From Salibacteraceae bacterium (GTDB lineage Bacteria; Bacteroidota; Bacteroidia; Flavobacteriales_G; Salibacteraceae): a stretch of DNA of 24,000 nucleotides. A program made the position numbers and the translations under genes. The first letter of the stretch is position 1. Each line of letters begins with the position of its first letter. Where the stretch lies: positions 53,749-77,748 of the forward strand of contig CBFIBQ010000004.1 of the NCBI GenBank assembly GCA_965660875.1, read 5' to 3'. The notes below the pieces were generated by a model, which saw nothing but the letters and a program-made list of their open reading frames with translations, was not told where the DNA came from and searched no databases. This document shows, one piece after another, positions 1-8,947 of the stretch.

Positions 1-2850
1 GCTCTGCTGCCAGCCAGGAAAGCTAACTATACGGACTATGGCGTCAATGTCATTGACAATACGCTCAACAACTGCGGGCGTTTGATCGGTTTTTAGTTCA
101 TAAAACAATTCGGTTAATGCGGTTTGAGGTGACTTTTCTTGAATTTCTAATACCAAGTCTTTTTCGGCTTGAACAGTTTCTTGTGCGATCTTACACAATT
201 CCTTGACAAATTCAATGGAGGTAATTAACCCTTGCTCTGCTTTATTTCTCAAGTCTTCGAGGCGCTCACTGAGTTTCTTGAATTTTGGATTTCCCTCATG
301 CTTTTTGAAGCGCTTTACAAGAGTCTTTTCCAGTTCTTTTGCCTTTTTCGGATCTGGATTATTGAAGATGTCTTCAATAACATCAGCATCCAATACGAAC
401 TCTTGTAAATCATGAACCTCACCTACATGCGTGTTTTCATGCATTATTTTTAAGGTCATTGGGCCATGTGTATACCAGAGCAGTTTTCCAATGGTATCGG
501 AAGCTGGCCTAACGGATTCAAAAACTTGTGAAAGCCATTTGTAATCCTGATTGTAAAGATCCAATGAATTGTCTGGAGATAAGGATTCCCACAAACGAGA
601 CAAGTATTTATAGTCCTTAGCGAAGGCATCTTTCTTTTCGTCGCTGTTAATGGCGTTTTGAGCTAGTTCTAAGCCCTCAAAACCTTCAACTGTTCTATCT
701 ATTTCTTTGAAATGGCTCAACGCTCCCGCAACGGCTTTTGGCAATTTATCTCTCAACTCTGAAAGATTGGAAATGACTTGTTTTACGCTTTCTTCATCGA
801 ATTGCAAAGCCTTCGCTGCGTCATCAAACACTCCGAAGTAATCTACAATCCTACCATAGGATTTACCTGGATACAATCTATTGGTTCTGCAAATGGCTTG
901 CAACAAAGTATGATCTTTTAACGACTTATCTAAGTACATAGTTTGAAGAACAGGTGCATCAAAACCCGTTAACAATTTGGCTGTGACGATAATAAACTTG
1001 AGGTTGGAATTAGCGTCACAAAATGATTCTACAATCTTTTCTTGCTGACTTTTGTCTATACCCCATTTCTGCTTGAACTCCAAGTCGTCGTTTGCCGATG
1101 TGGATATAACCACTGCACTTTCTTCCGTTGGAAAGTAATTATCTAACTCCTCCTTGTAAAGCACGCATGCAAGCCTGTCTGGAGTTACTATCATAGCTTT
1201 GAAACCGTGTGGTTGAACTTTTTCTTTAAAATGATCAGCGATGTCTTCCACAATTTTTGAAACACGCTCTGGAGATTTTAGAAAAGCCGCCATTTTAGCG
1301 GATTTCTGATTGAGTGCATCGGCATCTTCATCAGACAAGGCAGCACTTTCCTTAAAATCGGCCATTGCCTTGTCTATCTTTTCTTTATCCAAATGAATAT
1401 CGACCAACCTCGGCTCAAAGTGCAAAGGCAACGTTGCATCGTCTCGAATGGAATCGTGAAAGGTATATCGAGATAGGTAGCCTCCTTCATCGTCTACTGA
1501 GCCAAATGCCCAAAAGGTATTCTTATCTGCTTTGTTTACTGGAGTTCCTGTAAGTCCAAATAAAAATGCATTGGGTAATGCCGCCCGCATTTGACGCCCC
1601 AAATCACCCTCTTGGGTTCTATGAGCTTCATCTACCAATACAATGATATTATCCCGCGTATTCATATTAGGCTTAGCATCTCTAAACTTATGAATCATAG
1701 AAATGATAATCTTACGCGTATCACGCTGTAGCAAGGTTTGTAGCTCTTGAATACTATCCGTGCTTTCTACATTGGAAACATCCGCAGCATCAAAAATTCC
1801 ACTGATTTGGGTATCTAAATCGGTTCGGTCCACCAACACAACTACTGTTGGACTTTTTAAGGTTGCAGTGCGTCTCAATTTTTGAGCAGCAAACACCATT
1901 AAAAAGGATTTACCCGAACCCTGAAAGTGCCAAATCAATCCTTTTTTAACTTTACCTGCTATTACTCTTTCTACAATTTTATTGGCTCCTTCGTATTGCT
2001 GAAAACGAGGAATAATCTTGATTCTTCGTTTCTTTTTGTCGGTAGAAAACAAGGAAAAATTTAGCAGAATATCTAACAATCTTGCTGGGCTCAATAAATC
2101 GGACAGCTCTTTCCCGATTTCGGTTAATCCTAATTGTTTGGCAATTTTATCATCGTCATTCTCCATTCTCCAAGGCGCCCAGTATTCCAACGGACTTCGA
2201 ATTGAACCGTAATACAGCTCTTTGCCTTCAGTAGCGAAGGAAAGAATGTTGGGTACGAATAATTGAGGAACACTGTTTTCGTAAATATCGTGCACCTCGT
2301 GTGCTCCGTCTAACCAACTAACCGAAGGGCGTATGGGAGTTTTTGCTTCACCAATCACCACAGGAATGCCATTTATTAGCAAAACAACATCGGGAATTTT
2401 AGTTTCTCTGTGGTGAATTCGGTATTGATTGGTAACCACGTATGAATTGTTGGCTAGGTTATCAAAATCGATGAGCCGGACCGGAACATGACGGTTGTTT
2501 TCTCCAAAAGGCATGGTATGTTCACCTGTCATCCATTTAAAAAACTCTTCGTTGGCTTTTACCAACCCCACTTGGTTTACAGCTATTAAGATTGTCCGAA
2601 GCTTATAAATAACTTCATCGGCAAGATTATGATTCGCTTCAATTTCAGGATTTAAACGAATTAGAGCTTCCTTTAATTCTTGTTCTACAAGCACCTCATT
2701 AACACCTCGTTGGATTTCATTGGATGATTTATACACCCAGTCGATACCATAAGTGGGATTAGGCTCTTGAACTCGATTGTTATTTAAGTTGGAGCCACTA
2801 AGCTGATGAATAATAAAATGTTCTACGCTATTGAGTTCGTTAAATGTCAT
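1..2850 (-). CDS. hsdR: Type I restriction enzyme R subunit (HsdR); C-terminal end runs off the left window edge
   Basis: Absent from the ORF track because no stop lies in the window. Hand translation from the ATG at 2850 gives MTFNELNSVEHFIIHQLSG... It shows helicase motif I HFQGSGKS (~1905-1930), a DEAH box NIIVLVDEAHRTQEG (D codon 1630-1632, in frame with 2850) and DAPVLQTMYLDKSLKDHTLL (~900-960). The frame is still open at base 1. The ATG overlaps the upstream gene's stop (ATGA, 2847-2850). Confidence 0.95.
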   Translation of the reverse strand, partial: MTFNELNSVEHFIIHQLSGSNLNNNRVQEPNPTYGIDWVYKSSNEIQRGVNEVLVEQELKEALIRLNPEIEANHNLADEVIYKLRTILIAVNQVGLVKANEEFFKWMTGEHTMPFGENNRHVPVRLIDFDNLANNSYVVTNQYRIHHRETKIPDVVLLINGIPVVIGEAKTPIRPSVSWLDGAHEVHDIYENSVPQLFVPNILSFATEGKELYYGSIRSPLEYWAPWRMENDDDKIAKQLGLTEIGKELSDLLSPARLLDILLNFSLFSTDKKKRRIKIIPRFQQYEGANKIVERVIAGKVKKGLIWHFQGSGKSFLMVFAAQKLRRTATLKSPTVVVLVDRTDLDTQISGIFDAADVSNVESTDSIQELQTLLQRDTRKIIISMIHKFRDAKPNMNTRDNIIVLVDEAHRTQEGDLGRQMRAALPNAFLFGLTGTPVNKADKNTFWAFGSVDDEGGYLSRYTFHDSIRDDATLPLHFEPRLVDIHLDKEKIDKAMADFKESAALSDEDADALNQKSAKMAAFLKSPERVSKIVEDIADHFKEKVQPHGFKAMIVTPDRLACVLYKEELDNYFPTEESAVVISTSANDDLEFKQKWGIDKSQQEKIVESFCDANSNLKFIIVTAKLLTGFDAPVLQTMYLDKSLKDHTLLQAICRTNRLYPGKSYGRIVDYFGVFDDAAKALQFDEESVKQVISNLSELRDKLPKAVAGALSHFKEIDRTVEGFEGLELAQNAINSDEKKDAFAKDYKYLSRLWESLSPDNSLDLYNQDYKWLSQVFESVRPASDTIGKLLWYTHGPMTLKIMHENTHVGEVHDLQEFVLDADVIEDIFNNPDPKKAKELEKTLVKRFKKHEGNPKFKKLSERLEDLRNKAEQGLITSIEFVKELCKIAQETVQAEKDLVLEIQEKSPQTALTELFYELKTDQTPAVVERIVNDIDAIVRIVSFPGWQQS

Positions 2851-3542
2851 TTCTTTTGGCTATTAATGATTCGATCAATTTTCTCTTGTACAATGGGCAT
2901 TCGCTCATCTACCATCAATGGGTGAATGTGCGACAGCAGCACTTCGTCCATCATTCCTTCATTTTTTACGTTGACTAACATTTCGATTAAAAAGGCTTTT
3001 ATGGAATCTTCTGCATTAAGAATTTCGTCCACTATAGTTGTTCTGTTGTCGAGCACATAAATTACGTCTTCAATGTCGTGGCTTGTTCTCCAATCGTTTC
3101 CTCTGTCCTTAAATGCCTCTAGCTTGGTGGCTAAGTAACAAGGAGCGGAGAATATTTGAATGTTTTGGCCTTCGACTTCAACATTGTGTATATCGTTGAA
3201 CCCAATGGAATACCATTTATTCGCGGGACCCATTGGCCCATCCTGGGCGGACATAAAATCAACTGGAATGTCTTTGTATTTATAACTGCAAATGGAGTGT
3301 CCAAAAGGATCGGGATGAAATCCAAGCTCAGCAAGCTTTTTTTGGGTTTTGCTCCATTCCACTATTCCAACAGCATGAAAAGTAAGGTCAATATCGGCAG
3401 TTGGTCGAATTTCATCTGCTGCCGGATCATCGGTATATAAACTAACTACGGCACCACCAACAAACACGACTTGATCGAGAATGTCGTGTAAAGCCGCTGC
3501 AACTTCTGCCACTACTGTTAGATTTATGATTTTATTTTCCAA
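2847..3542 (-). CDS. Nucleotidyltransferase-fold protein, AbiEii-like putative toxin
   Basis: 231 aa. VFVGGAVVSLY...IRPTADIDL matches the minimal NTase hGG...R-x-T-x-DID signature typical of AbiEii/AbiGii-type proteins. It overlaps the upstream wHTH gene by 11 nt and hsdR by 4 nt. Confidence 0.6.
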   Translation of the reverse strand: MENKIINLTVVAEVAAALHDILDQVVFVGGAVVSLYTDDPAADEIRPTADIDLTFHAVGIVEWSKTQKKLAELGFHPDPFGHSICSYKYKDIPVDFMSAQDGPMGPANKWYSIGFNDIHNVEVEGQNIQIFSAPCYLATKLEAFKDRGNDWRTSHDIEDVIYVLDNRTTIVDEILNAEDSIKAFLIEMLVNVKNEGMMDEVLLSHIHPLMVDERMPIVQEKIDRIINSQKK

Positions 3543-4056
3543 AACCCAATCTGCTTTTTAATTCTTGAATAGCAATTTCTCGTTCTCTAGTTCTGCCCAC
3601 CCGAAGCGCATCGGCCAAAGCAAGTAATTCATGGAACTGCTCATCTTTAAGTGCTGCTTCTGGCACGGAAGGATACAAAGGAACTATACTGTGCCCTCTA
3701 AGCTTTCCTTTGCCGTAGGGCCAAACATAATGTTCTGTACTTACAATTTGTTCCTTCAAAGGATGGGCAGAATGTGCAGTGGGGACACCACGTACAACAG
3801 CACCTGGCTTTTGAGGAAAAGCATAGCGCAATCCAAACTGAAGAAATTCCAATAGGGCCATTTTCATTACTTTTTTGCCTGTAGGATCGAGTAATCCTGC
3901 ATACTTGGACCGAGCTACGGACTCACTAACCTCTGATTGGCTCATACCCACCGCGTCTGCTAGGGGTTTTTGATTCCAAGCCGCGTTGTTCAGGCTTATT
4001 ATTTTAAGCAACAGAACGACATCCTGTGGCTTCATTATGGGCTGCTGTAATTTCAT
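3532..4056 (-). CDS. Winged-helix/HTH DNA-binding protein, AbiEi-like putative antitoxin and autoregulator
   Basis: 174 aa. The N-terminal PLADAVGMSQSEVSESVARSKYAGLL reads as an HTH. It sits directly upstream of the NTase gene and overlaps it. A palindromic operator-like sequence lies immediately upstream of its start. Confidence 0.5.
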   Translation of the reverse strand: MKLQQPIMKPQDVVLLLKIISLNNAAWNQKPLADAVGMSQSEVSESVARSKYAGLLDPTGKKVMKMALLEFLQFGLRYAFPQKPGAVVRGVPTAHSAHPLKEQIVSTEHYVWPYGKGKLRGHSIVPLYPSVPEAALKDEQFHELLALADALRVGRTREREIAIQELKSRLGFGK

Positions 4057-4067
4057 TGCTCTTTTTT

Positions 4068-4119
4068 ATATCGCGTATCGCGATATGCAATATTAGTCTA
4101 TTTCATTCTAATAATCAAA
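4068..4119 (-). promoter_or_regulatory. Candidate promoter plus operator of the wHTH/NTase pair
   Basis: Read on the minus strand: TTTG (4119-4116), 20 nt, then TAATATTG (4095-4088), close to the Bacteroidota TTTG/TAnnTTTG consensus. This is followed directly by the perfect palindrome TATCGCGATA (4076-4085) within atatcgcgtatcgcgatatgcaata (4068-4092). Confidence 0.4.
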
Positions 4120-4644
4120 CTATTGCGCTACTGTATCGTGTATCGCGATATGCGATAATGTATATTCAAACATCTGCGCTGCTAAGGCCCTTGCTTTAGT
4201 AGGACTATCATTATTAAAATGAATCTCATTTTGACACGCTGGCCATTTATCCGTTTTGGTACGAACTAGAAACACCAATTCTGCTTCAATGGCTTCCGCA
4301 AAGTGCTTTGCTTTTTTATCTTGTTTCTCAATTCCCGAAAAGGGTTCTAAAACAAAAACAAACAACTCTACATCATCGTGTTGTTTCCACCCATATCCAT
4401 GGTAACCACGTTTGCCCTCTGATCTCAGACCGTGTGTAATTCTAGAGGTAATGGATTGGCTGGAATACCCTACATAAAGGATCTCACTATTTTTGGTGAT
4501 GACATAGATTTTAGGATGTTGTGTATTGGTAAGGGGTTTTCTGAAATTTACCACTTTGCCATTTTTCTTCTTGTGCAAAAGGCGGCGTGTCTTTTCCGAA
4601 CCTCTAATACTTAAAGAATAATGGTGTGGTTCCATGTCTTCCAC
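4120..4644 (-). CDS. GIY-YIG-like nuclease-domain protein
   Basis: 174 aa. KIYVITKNSEILYVGYS fits a GIY-x10-YIG arrangement. It is followed by SRITHG (Arg), AEAIEAELV (Glu) and CQNE (Asn) at plausible spacing. Confidence 0.55.
   Translation of the reverse strand: MEDMEPHHYSLSIRGSEKTRRLLHKKKNGKVVNFRKPLTNTQHPKIYVITKNSEILYVGYSSQSITSRITHGLRSEGKRGYHGYGWKQHDDVELFVFVLEPFSGIEKQDKKAKHFAEAIEAELVFLVRTKTDKWPACQNEIHFNNDSPTKARALAAQMFEYTLSHIAIHDTVAQ
4133..4157. repeat. Second copy of the operator-like 25-mer (22/25 identical), inside the 3' end of the GIY-YIG ORF
   Basis: gtatcgtgtatcgcgatatgcgata (4133-4157) compared with atatcgcgtatcgcgatatgcaata (4068-4092). Both contain the palindrome TATCGCGATA (4141-4150 and 4076-4085). 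Confidence 0.85.
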
Positions 4645-4662
4645 TTTTTGTTGGGTTTACAA

Positions 4663-5712
4663 TTATGCAAATCCAGATTCAGCATGACTGGTTAATCGTG
4701 ATGAGGCCAATTGAATGTGCTTGTACTCAAATAAATCCTTCTTTCGCTCACTCCATTCACCAATGCTAGATTTAATTTCCTCTGGTGTTGGGTTTTGGTG
4801 TTTGTTAGAAACAAAATCAACCGTTGCAAGTAACTCCAAGGCAAATGAAGATTCAAAGCCAGATACTAGCTTCAAAACACTTTGCAAACGGTCTTTCTGC
4901 TCATGAGAAAGCATTGTGTCTACATAGTTTTTTACTTCTTCAAACCGTTTATAGTTTAATTCTAAAGGCTCAAATGGTTTTGCCTCATTTTGCTCCATTC
5001 CTTTAATGTATTTCCCATTCAAATAGAGTAAAACGTGATTGAGCTGAACAGCATAAGGACCATAGTGATAGGGTTCAAAATTAAGCCTAAGTTTTTCTCC
5101 GCTGCGCTGAAGAAAATAGGCCAATTTGTTGGCCGCGAATAAACTGCTTTGTTCACCCAAGGATTCATAATGAAACATTAAATAAAGCAGCATAGCCCGA
5201 GCTGGAGTCAATTTCTTTTGTGAGGGTGATTCTTCTTTTTTTAAAATCTGCTTTATCAACGCATTCGGCTGAAAAATTTGAATCTCACAATTAAGATCCG
5301 AAAGCTCACTTTCCATCAAGGTTTTTACCCTTTCCCATTCTAAGCCTCCATTGCCGCATCCTAAAGGTGGAATTGCAATGCTTTTGATACCATTCGAAAG
5401 AATAGCTTCTTTGAGTGCAATTAAACCAGAGGAAATGTATTCGTATTTTGAATCTCCTCTCCAGTGCTTTTTGGTTGGGAAATTGATAATGATTTTTGAG
5501 TTTAAGAGATCTCCTTCGCGAACAACCAATACCTCACCAACATCAAATGTTTTAGCCTTACAAGCTTTTTGATAAATCTTGGTATTATTTGGAAAACGAT
5601 TCTTGAATTGAAGCGCAATTCCCTTACCCATAACACCAACGGTGTTTACGGTATTGACAAGTGCTTCTACGTCAGCACTTAATAAATCACCTTTCTTAAA
5701 GCTAATCATCAT
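4663..5712 (-). CDS. darG: DarG: macrodomain antitoxin of the DarTG system
   Basis: 349 aa. The N-terminal macrodomain reads GDLLSADVEALVNTVNTVGVMGKGIALQFKNRFP...IAIPPLGCGNGGL, with a C-terminal extension. Its start abuts the darT stop (TGAATGATG at 5707-5715). Confidence 0.9.
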   Translation of the reverse strand: MMISFKKGDLLSADVEALVNTVNTVGVMGKGIALQFKNRFPNNTKIYQKACKAKTFDVGEVLVVREGDLLNSKIIINFPTKKHWRGDSKYEYISSGLIALKEAILSNGIKSIAIPPLGCGNGGLEWERVKTLMESELSDLNCEIQIFQPNALIKQILKKEESPSQKKLTPARAMLLYLMFHYESLGEQSSLFAANKLAYFLQRSGEKLRLNFEPYHYGPYAVQLNHVLLYLNGKYIKGMEQNEAKPFEPLELNYKRFEEVKNYVDTMLSHEQKDRLQSVLKLVSGFESSFALELLATVDFVSNKHQNPTPEEIKSSIGEWSERKKDLFEYKHIQLASSRLTSHAESGFA

Positions 5713-6351
5713 TCAATAGTACAAATTACGCTTAGTATCTGCAATAACTTTAATGGGCAACTCTAAATTATCAACCAGCGATTGAAAATAAGTTCTGCGT
5801 TCTTTCGAAAAAACAGCTATTCCATGAATGCAATTGACTGGTACATGATTCCGAATTAAAAACTCTGCTTGTTTGTAATCCTTGCGGTGCAGATGTTCCG
5901 TCGTCGTATTCCACCTTTTACTTTTAATGTAGTTCCACTTGAGTTTATCAAAATCTGACTTTAAGTTAAAAAAGTCTGCAATAGTCAGTTTGGCATTCAT
6001 ATCGGTAAAACAATATTCTAACCCTTCTTGTTCAATAATTTCGAATTTGGAGGCAATGAAAACAATATCGTTTTGAGGCGTTTTTTCCACTCCTCCAAGA
6101 CCATCTTTAATTAGAAAAAGCATAGGAGAATGACCAGCAAAATAAAAAGGAACATACTCTCCCAAATTACCAGCTCCTCGTAACGGTATAGGATGTTCAT
6201 GTCTATCTGAAATTAATTGCTTGTGCCCAATATTTACATAATTTGGATCCGCATTTTCGTGTTCGCGACAACACATACCATGATTGAGAATATGCTCTAC
6301 ATTTTCCCAATGTACCATGCGATACAACCATATGTTATCTGGTACTGCCAT
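5713..6351 (-). CDS. darT: DarT: DUF4433 ssDNA thymidine ADP-ribosyltransferase toxin
   Basis: 212 aa. Motifs seen: LYRMVHWENVEHILNHG, EYVPFYFAGHSPML, YKQAEFLI (catalytic Glu context), IAVFS and a C-terminal LYY. These match the DarT pattern as I remember it. Confidence 0.9.
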   Translation of the reverse strand: MAVPDNIWLYRMVHWENVEHILNHGMCCREHENADPNYVNIGHKQLISDRHEHPIPLRGAGNLGEYVPFYFAGHSPMLFLIKDGLGGVEKTPQNDIVFIASKFEIIEQEGLEYCFTDMNAKLTIADFFNLKSDFDKLKWNYIKSKRWNTTTEHLHRKDYKQAEFLIRNHVPVNCIHGIAVFSKERRTYFQSLVDNLELPIKVIADTKRNLYY

Positions 6352-6353
6352 AC

Positions 6354-7484
6354 CTAAAACACCTTATTAATTAAACCCTTTTGAAGGGATTTAGAACTTA
6401 TGATTTTAGATTTAACCAGCTCAATATTTACTTTTAATGAATTAAATAAATCAATAATTGAAGATTGTCTTTCTTTCCCCAATTTAGGAATTTGAATATT
6501 CTCAATTATACCAGGATCGACGTGTGGAATAGCTGACCCAACAGTTGCTCTTTTTATGTCATTTGTTTTAAATCTTAAAAATTGGAATACAAATTCTTTT
6601 AAAAATTCATTATTAGTCATTTCAAGTTTACACATAGTACTTGCCAGAAAACCTTTTTTTCCAAAAAGCATCTCTCCAGCATTAGAACCATCCCATAAAA
6701 CTAAAATATCCGTTTCATCAATTTTTACGGCTTTTTTTCCAGCTTCTTCTGGTACTATAGATTCAATTTCCCCAGTACGTAAATACTTGGCGGTACAATA
6801 TGGAAGGCCTTCACCCTCCTCTAATAATACTGAAGGTTTCTTCCCTTTCTTTATTGAAATTATTTCTTTTAATCTCACCCTTTCCGAGACTTTATCGTCA
6901 TAAAAAAAGTGCTTCAGATAGGACAAGTCGTCTTTTCCTAATTTCTCTAAAACTTCCTTCTCCATCTCAATCACCTCATCCATAGCCCAAAGCAACTCGG
7001 CCAGTTGGGCTTGTTGGTCTTTGGGTGGGAGGAGGAATTCGTAGTTGGCAACATCTCTCCATCTACAATGAGGGTTTGTGGAGCCAATTATAGCTCCTGT
7101 CGTATGAGCATAGAAGGATTCACTGTGAAAAAGAAATGGTATGAATTCAGGGAGTACAAAATCTACATTTGGCTCAAGTGTCAAAGTTTTTTCTCCTGTA
7201 ATTCCATCAAATGATGCTAAGGCCGTTCTTTTCAAATGTGGATTTCTGGTTGGAAACAAAATTTGACCTTTTCTGAAAATCTTATAGAAATAGGGATTCA
7301 ATTCATCACCATTTTCTTGACTCGACCATCTTTTGATGTGCAAGCACTCGGCATCCATGTGGTTTACCTTTAAAAATAGATCGAACCTATTTTTCGCGTT
7401 CTCCTTGTCGTTTTCTTCTCGTTTAGTGAATACATCATTTATTTTAACCTTTGCCCAGTTACTCTTATCAATTTTCAACTTCAT
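6354..7484 (-). CDS. hsdS: Type I R-M specificity subunit (HsdS)
   Basis: 376 aa with a two-TRD layout and conserved central and C-terminal helices (QQAQLAELLWAMDEVIEMEKEVLEKL; IIDLFNSLKVNIELVKSKI). It shares 1 nt with hsdM (TAATG at 7482-7486). Confidence 0.85.
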   Translation of the reverse strand: MKLKIDKSNWAKVKINDVFTKREENDKENAKNRFDLFLKVNHMDAECLHIKRWSSQENGDELNPYFYKIFRKGQILFPTRNPHLKRTALASFDGITGEKTLTLEPNVDFVLPEFIPFLFHSESFYAHTTGAIIGSTNPHCRWRDVANYEFLLPPKDQQAQLAELLWAMDEVIEMEKEVLEKLGKDDLSYLKHFFYDDKVSERVRLKEIISIKKGKKPSVLLEEGEGLPYCTAKYLRTGEIESIVPEEAGKKAVKIDETDILVLWDGSNAGEMLFGKKGFLASTMCKLEMTNNEFLKEFVFQFLRFKTNDIKRATVGSAIPHVDPGIIENIQIPKLGKERQSSIIDLFNSLKVNIELVKSKIISSKSLQKGLINKVF

Positions 7485-8947
7485 TAGCCCAAGGTTTTAA
7501 ATAACTGATTCATGCTTGATTTTAAGTCACTTGAAGACTCTTCCCAATTGTTGAACACCTCCCCAAAAGGAACCTTATTCTTATCTTTTATCCTTGAAGA
7601 CTTCACATAGTTAGTAACCAATAATGAGGCGTTATTTTTAATAACGTCATCTATATCAACAAGCTTGGCGAAATCCTTAATGTCCTTATAATCTTCGTAG
7701 GCTTTGAATATCTTATCAATGTGATGGTCTAGCAAATACGAAATAGTTTTCTCATCCTTTACTTCCTCATATGCATTAATAAAAAGAATTTTCCCTTTCT
7801 TTTTTTGCTCCTTATTGGTTCTTCTAATAAGCAAGGCTGACTCCATCGAAGAATTGTAGAACAGGTTTTTACCCAAAGCAATTACACAATCTACAGTATC
7901 AGTTTCAACCATTTTCTTGCGCATTTTCTTTTCATTGTCTCTGAAAAGAATACCATGAGGCCAAAGCTGTACACATCGGCCATTGTTACGATCCATACTT
8001 TTATCAATATGCTGTTCAAAAGCATAATCTGCACATCCTTGTGGAGGTACACCCCAAAGGTTTCGTCCATATGGGTCGTTGGTAAATCCTTTTTGGTCCC
8101 ACGCTTTTATGGAGTAAGGAGGGTTGGCCAAAATCACGTTAAACTTTTTGAGTTCGTCGTTTTCCAAAAATGCAGGATTTGCAAGCGTATCGCCTCTTAC
8201 AATGCTAAACTCCTCTATTCCGTGCATAAACATGTTCATGCGGGCAATGGCAGAAGTAATCAGGTTAATTTCTTGTCCGTACAACTTAAGTGTTCGATAT
8301 TCCTTGCCTTCTTCTTTGAGGTGCAAGGCGCAATTGAGCAACAAGCCACCGGAACCACAAGTAGGATCGTAAACCGATTCACCCGGCTGTGGGTCCATAA
8401 TCATGGTCATGAGTTTAACCACCGTTCGGTTGGTATAAAACTCCGCAGCGGTATGGCCGCTGTCGTCGGCAAATTCTTTTATGAGGTACTCGTAAGCATT
8501 TCCCAGTTTGTCATCAGGAATGTTGCTTAAACTGAGTTTGTGCTGCGAGTAATGCTCTATGAGGTTGGTTAAGGTTTCGTCGCTCAATCGGTTTTTGTTG
8601 GTCCAAGAAGAATCACCAAAGATGCCGTATAAGGTGTCGGGATTAGCCTTTTCAATTTCGCGCATGGCATCTTGCAAGGCAATACCAACATTAACAGTGG
8701 TTTCTCTTACATCATTCCAATGAGCTCCTTTGGGCACCAAAAAATGGTGATGTTCCGCAAAGGCGGCGTATTCCATATCGCCATCACTCTCTTCCAACGC
8801 TTTTTCAAATTCTTCATCATACACATCACAAATGCGTTTGAAGAACATCAATGGAAAGATGTACTGTTTGTAATCTCCTGCATCTATGGTTCCACGCAAT
8901 TGGGTAGCAGCACCCCAGAGGTATTTTTCGAGTTGTTGTTGGGTCAT
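7484..8947 (-). CDS. hsdM: Type I R-M N6-adenine DNA methyltransferase (HsdM), copy 1
   Basis: 487 aa. N-terminal HsdM domain (LWGAATQLRGTIDAGDYKQYIFPLMFFKRICDVYDEEF), SAM motif DPTCGSGGLL, catalytic ILANPPYS. Confidence 0.95.
   Translation of the reverse strand: MTQQQLEKYLWGAATQLRGTIDAGDYKQYIFPLMFFKRICDVYDEEFEKALEESDGDMEYAAFAEHHHFLVPKGAHWNDVRETTVNVGIALQDAMREIEKANPDTLYGIFGDSSWTNKNRLSDETLTNLIEHYSQHKLSLSNIPDDKLGNAYEYLIKEFADDSGHTAAEFYTNRTVVKLMTMIMDPQPGESVYDPTCGSGGLLLNCALHLKEEGKEYRTLKLYGQEINLITSAIARMNMFMHGIEEFSIVRGDTLANPAFLENDELKKFNVILANPPYSIKAWDQKGFTNDPYGRNLWGVPPQGCADYAFEQHIDKSMDRNNGRCVQLWPHGILFRDNEKKMRKKMVETDTVDCVIALGKNLFYNSSMESALLIRRTNKEQKKKGKILFINAYEEVKDEKTISYLLDHHIDKIFKAYEDYKDIKDFAKLVDIDDVIKNNASLLVTNYVKSSRIKDKNKVPFGEVFNNWEESSSDLKSSMNQLFKTLG

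Noticed and set aside
6354-7484. Phase-variable or shufflon-type hsdS
   Set aside because: There is a single hsdS, with no silent hsdS fragments, no inverted TRD repeats, no nearby recombinase and no simple-sequence tract.
7955-8530. 191-aa plus-strand ORF, together with 8124-8372 and 8672-8971, antisense to hsdM copy 1
   Set aside because: It lies entirely inside a strongly supported HsdM coding region and its sequence is low-complexity with no motifs. This is a typical antisense shadow ORF. The same applies to the other short plus-strand ORFs within 1-16596 and the minus-strand ORFs inside the WYL, DUF2779 and hipA genes.
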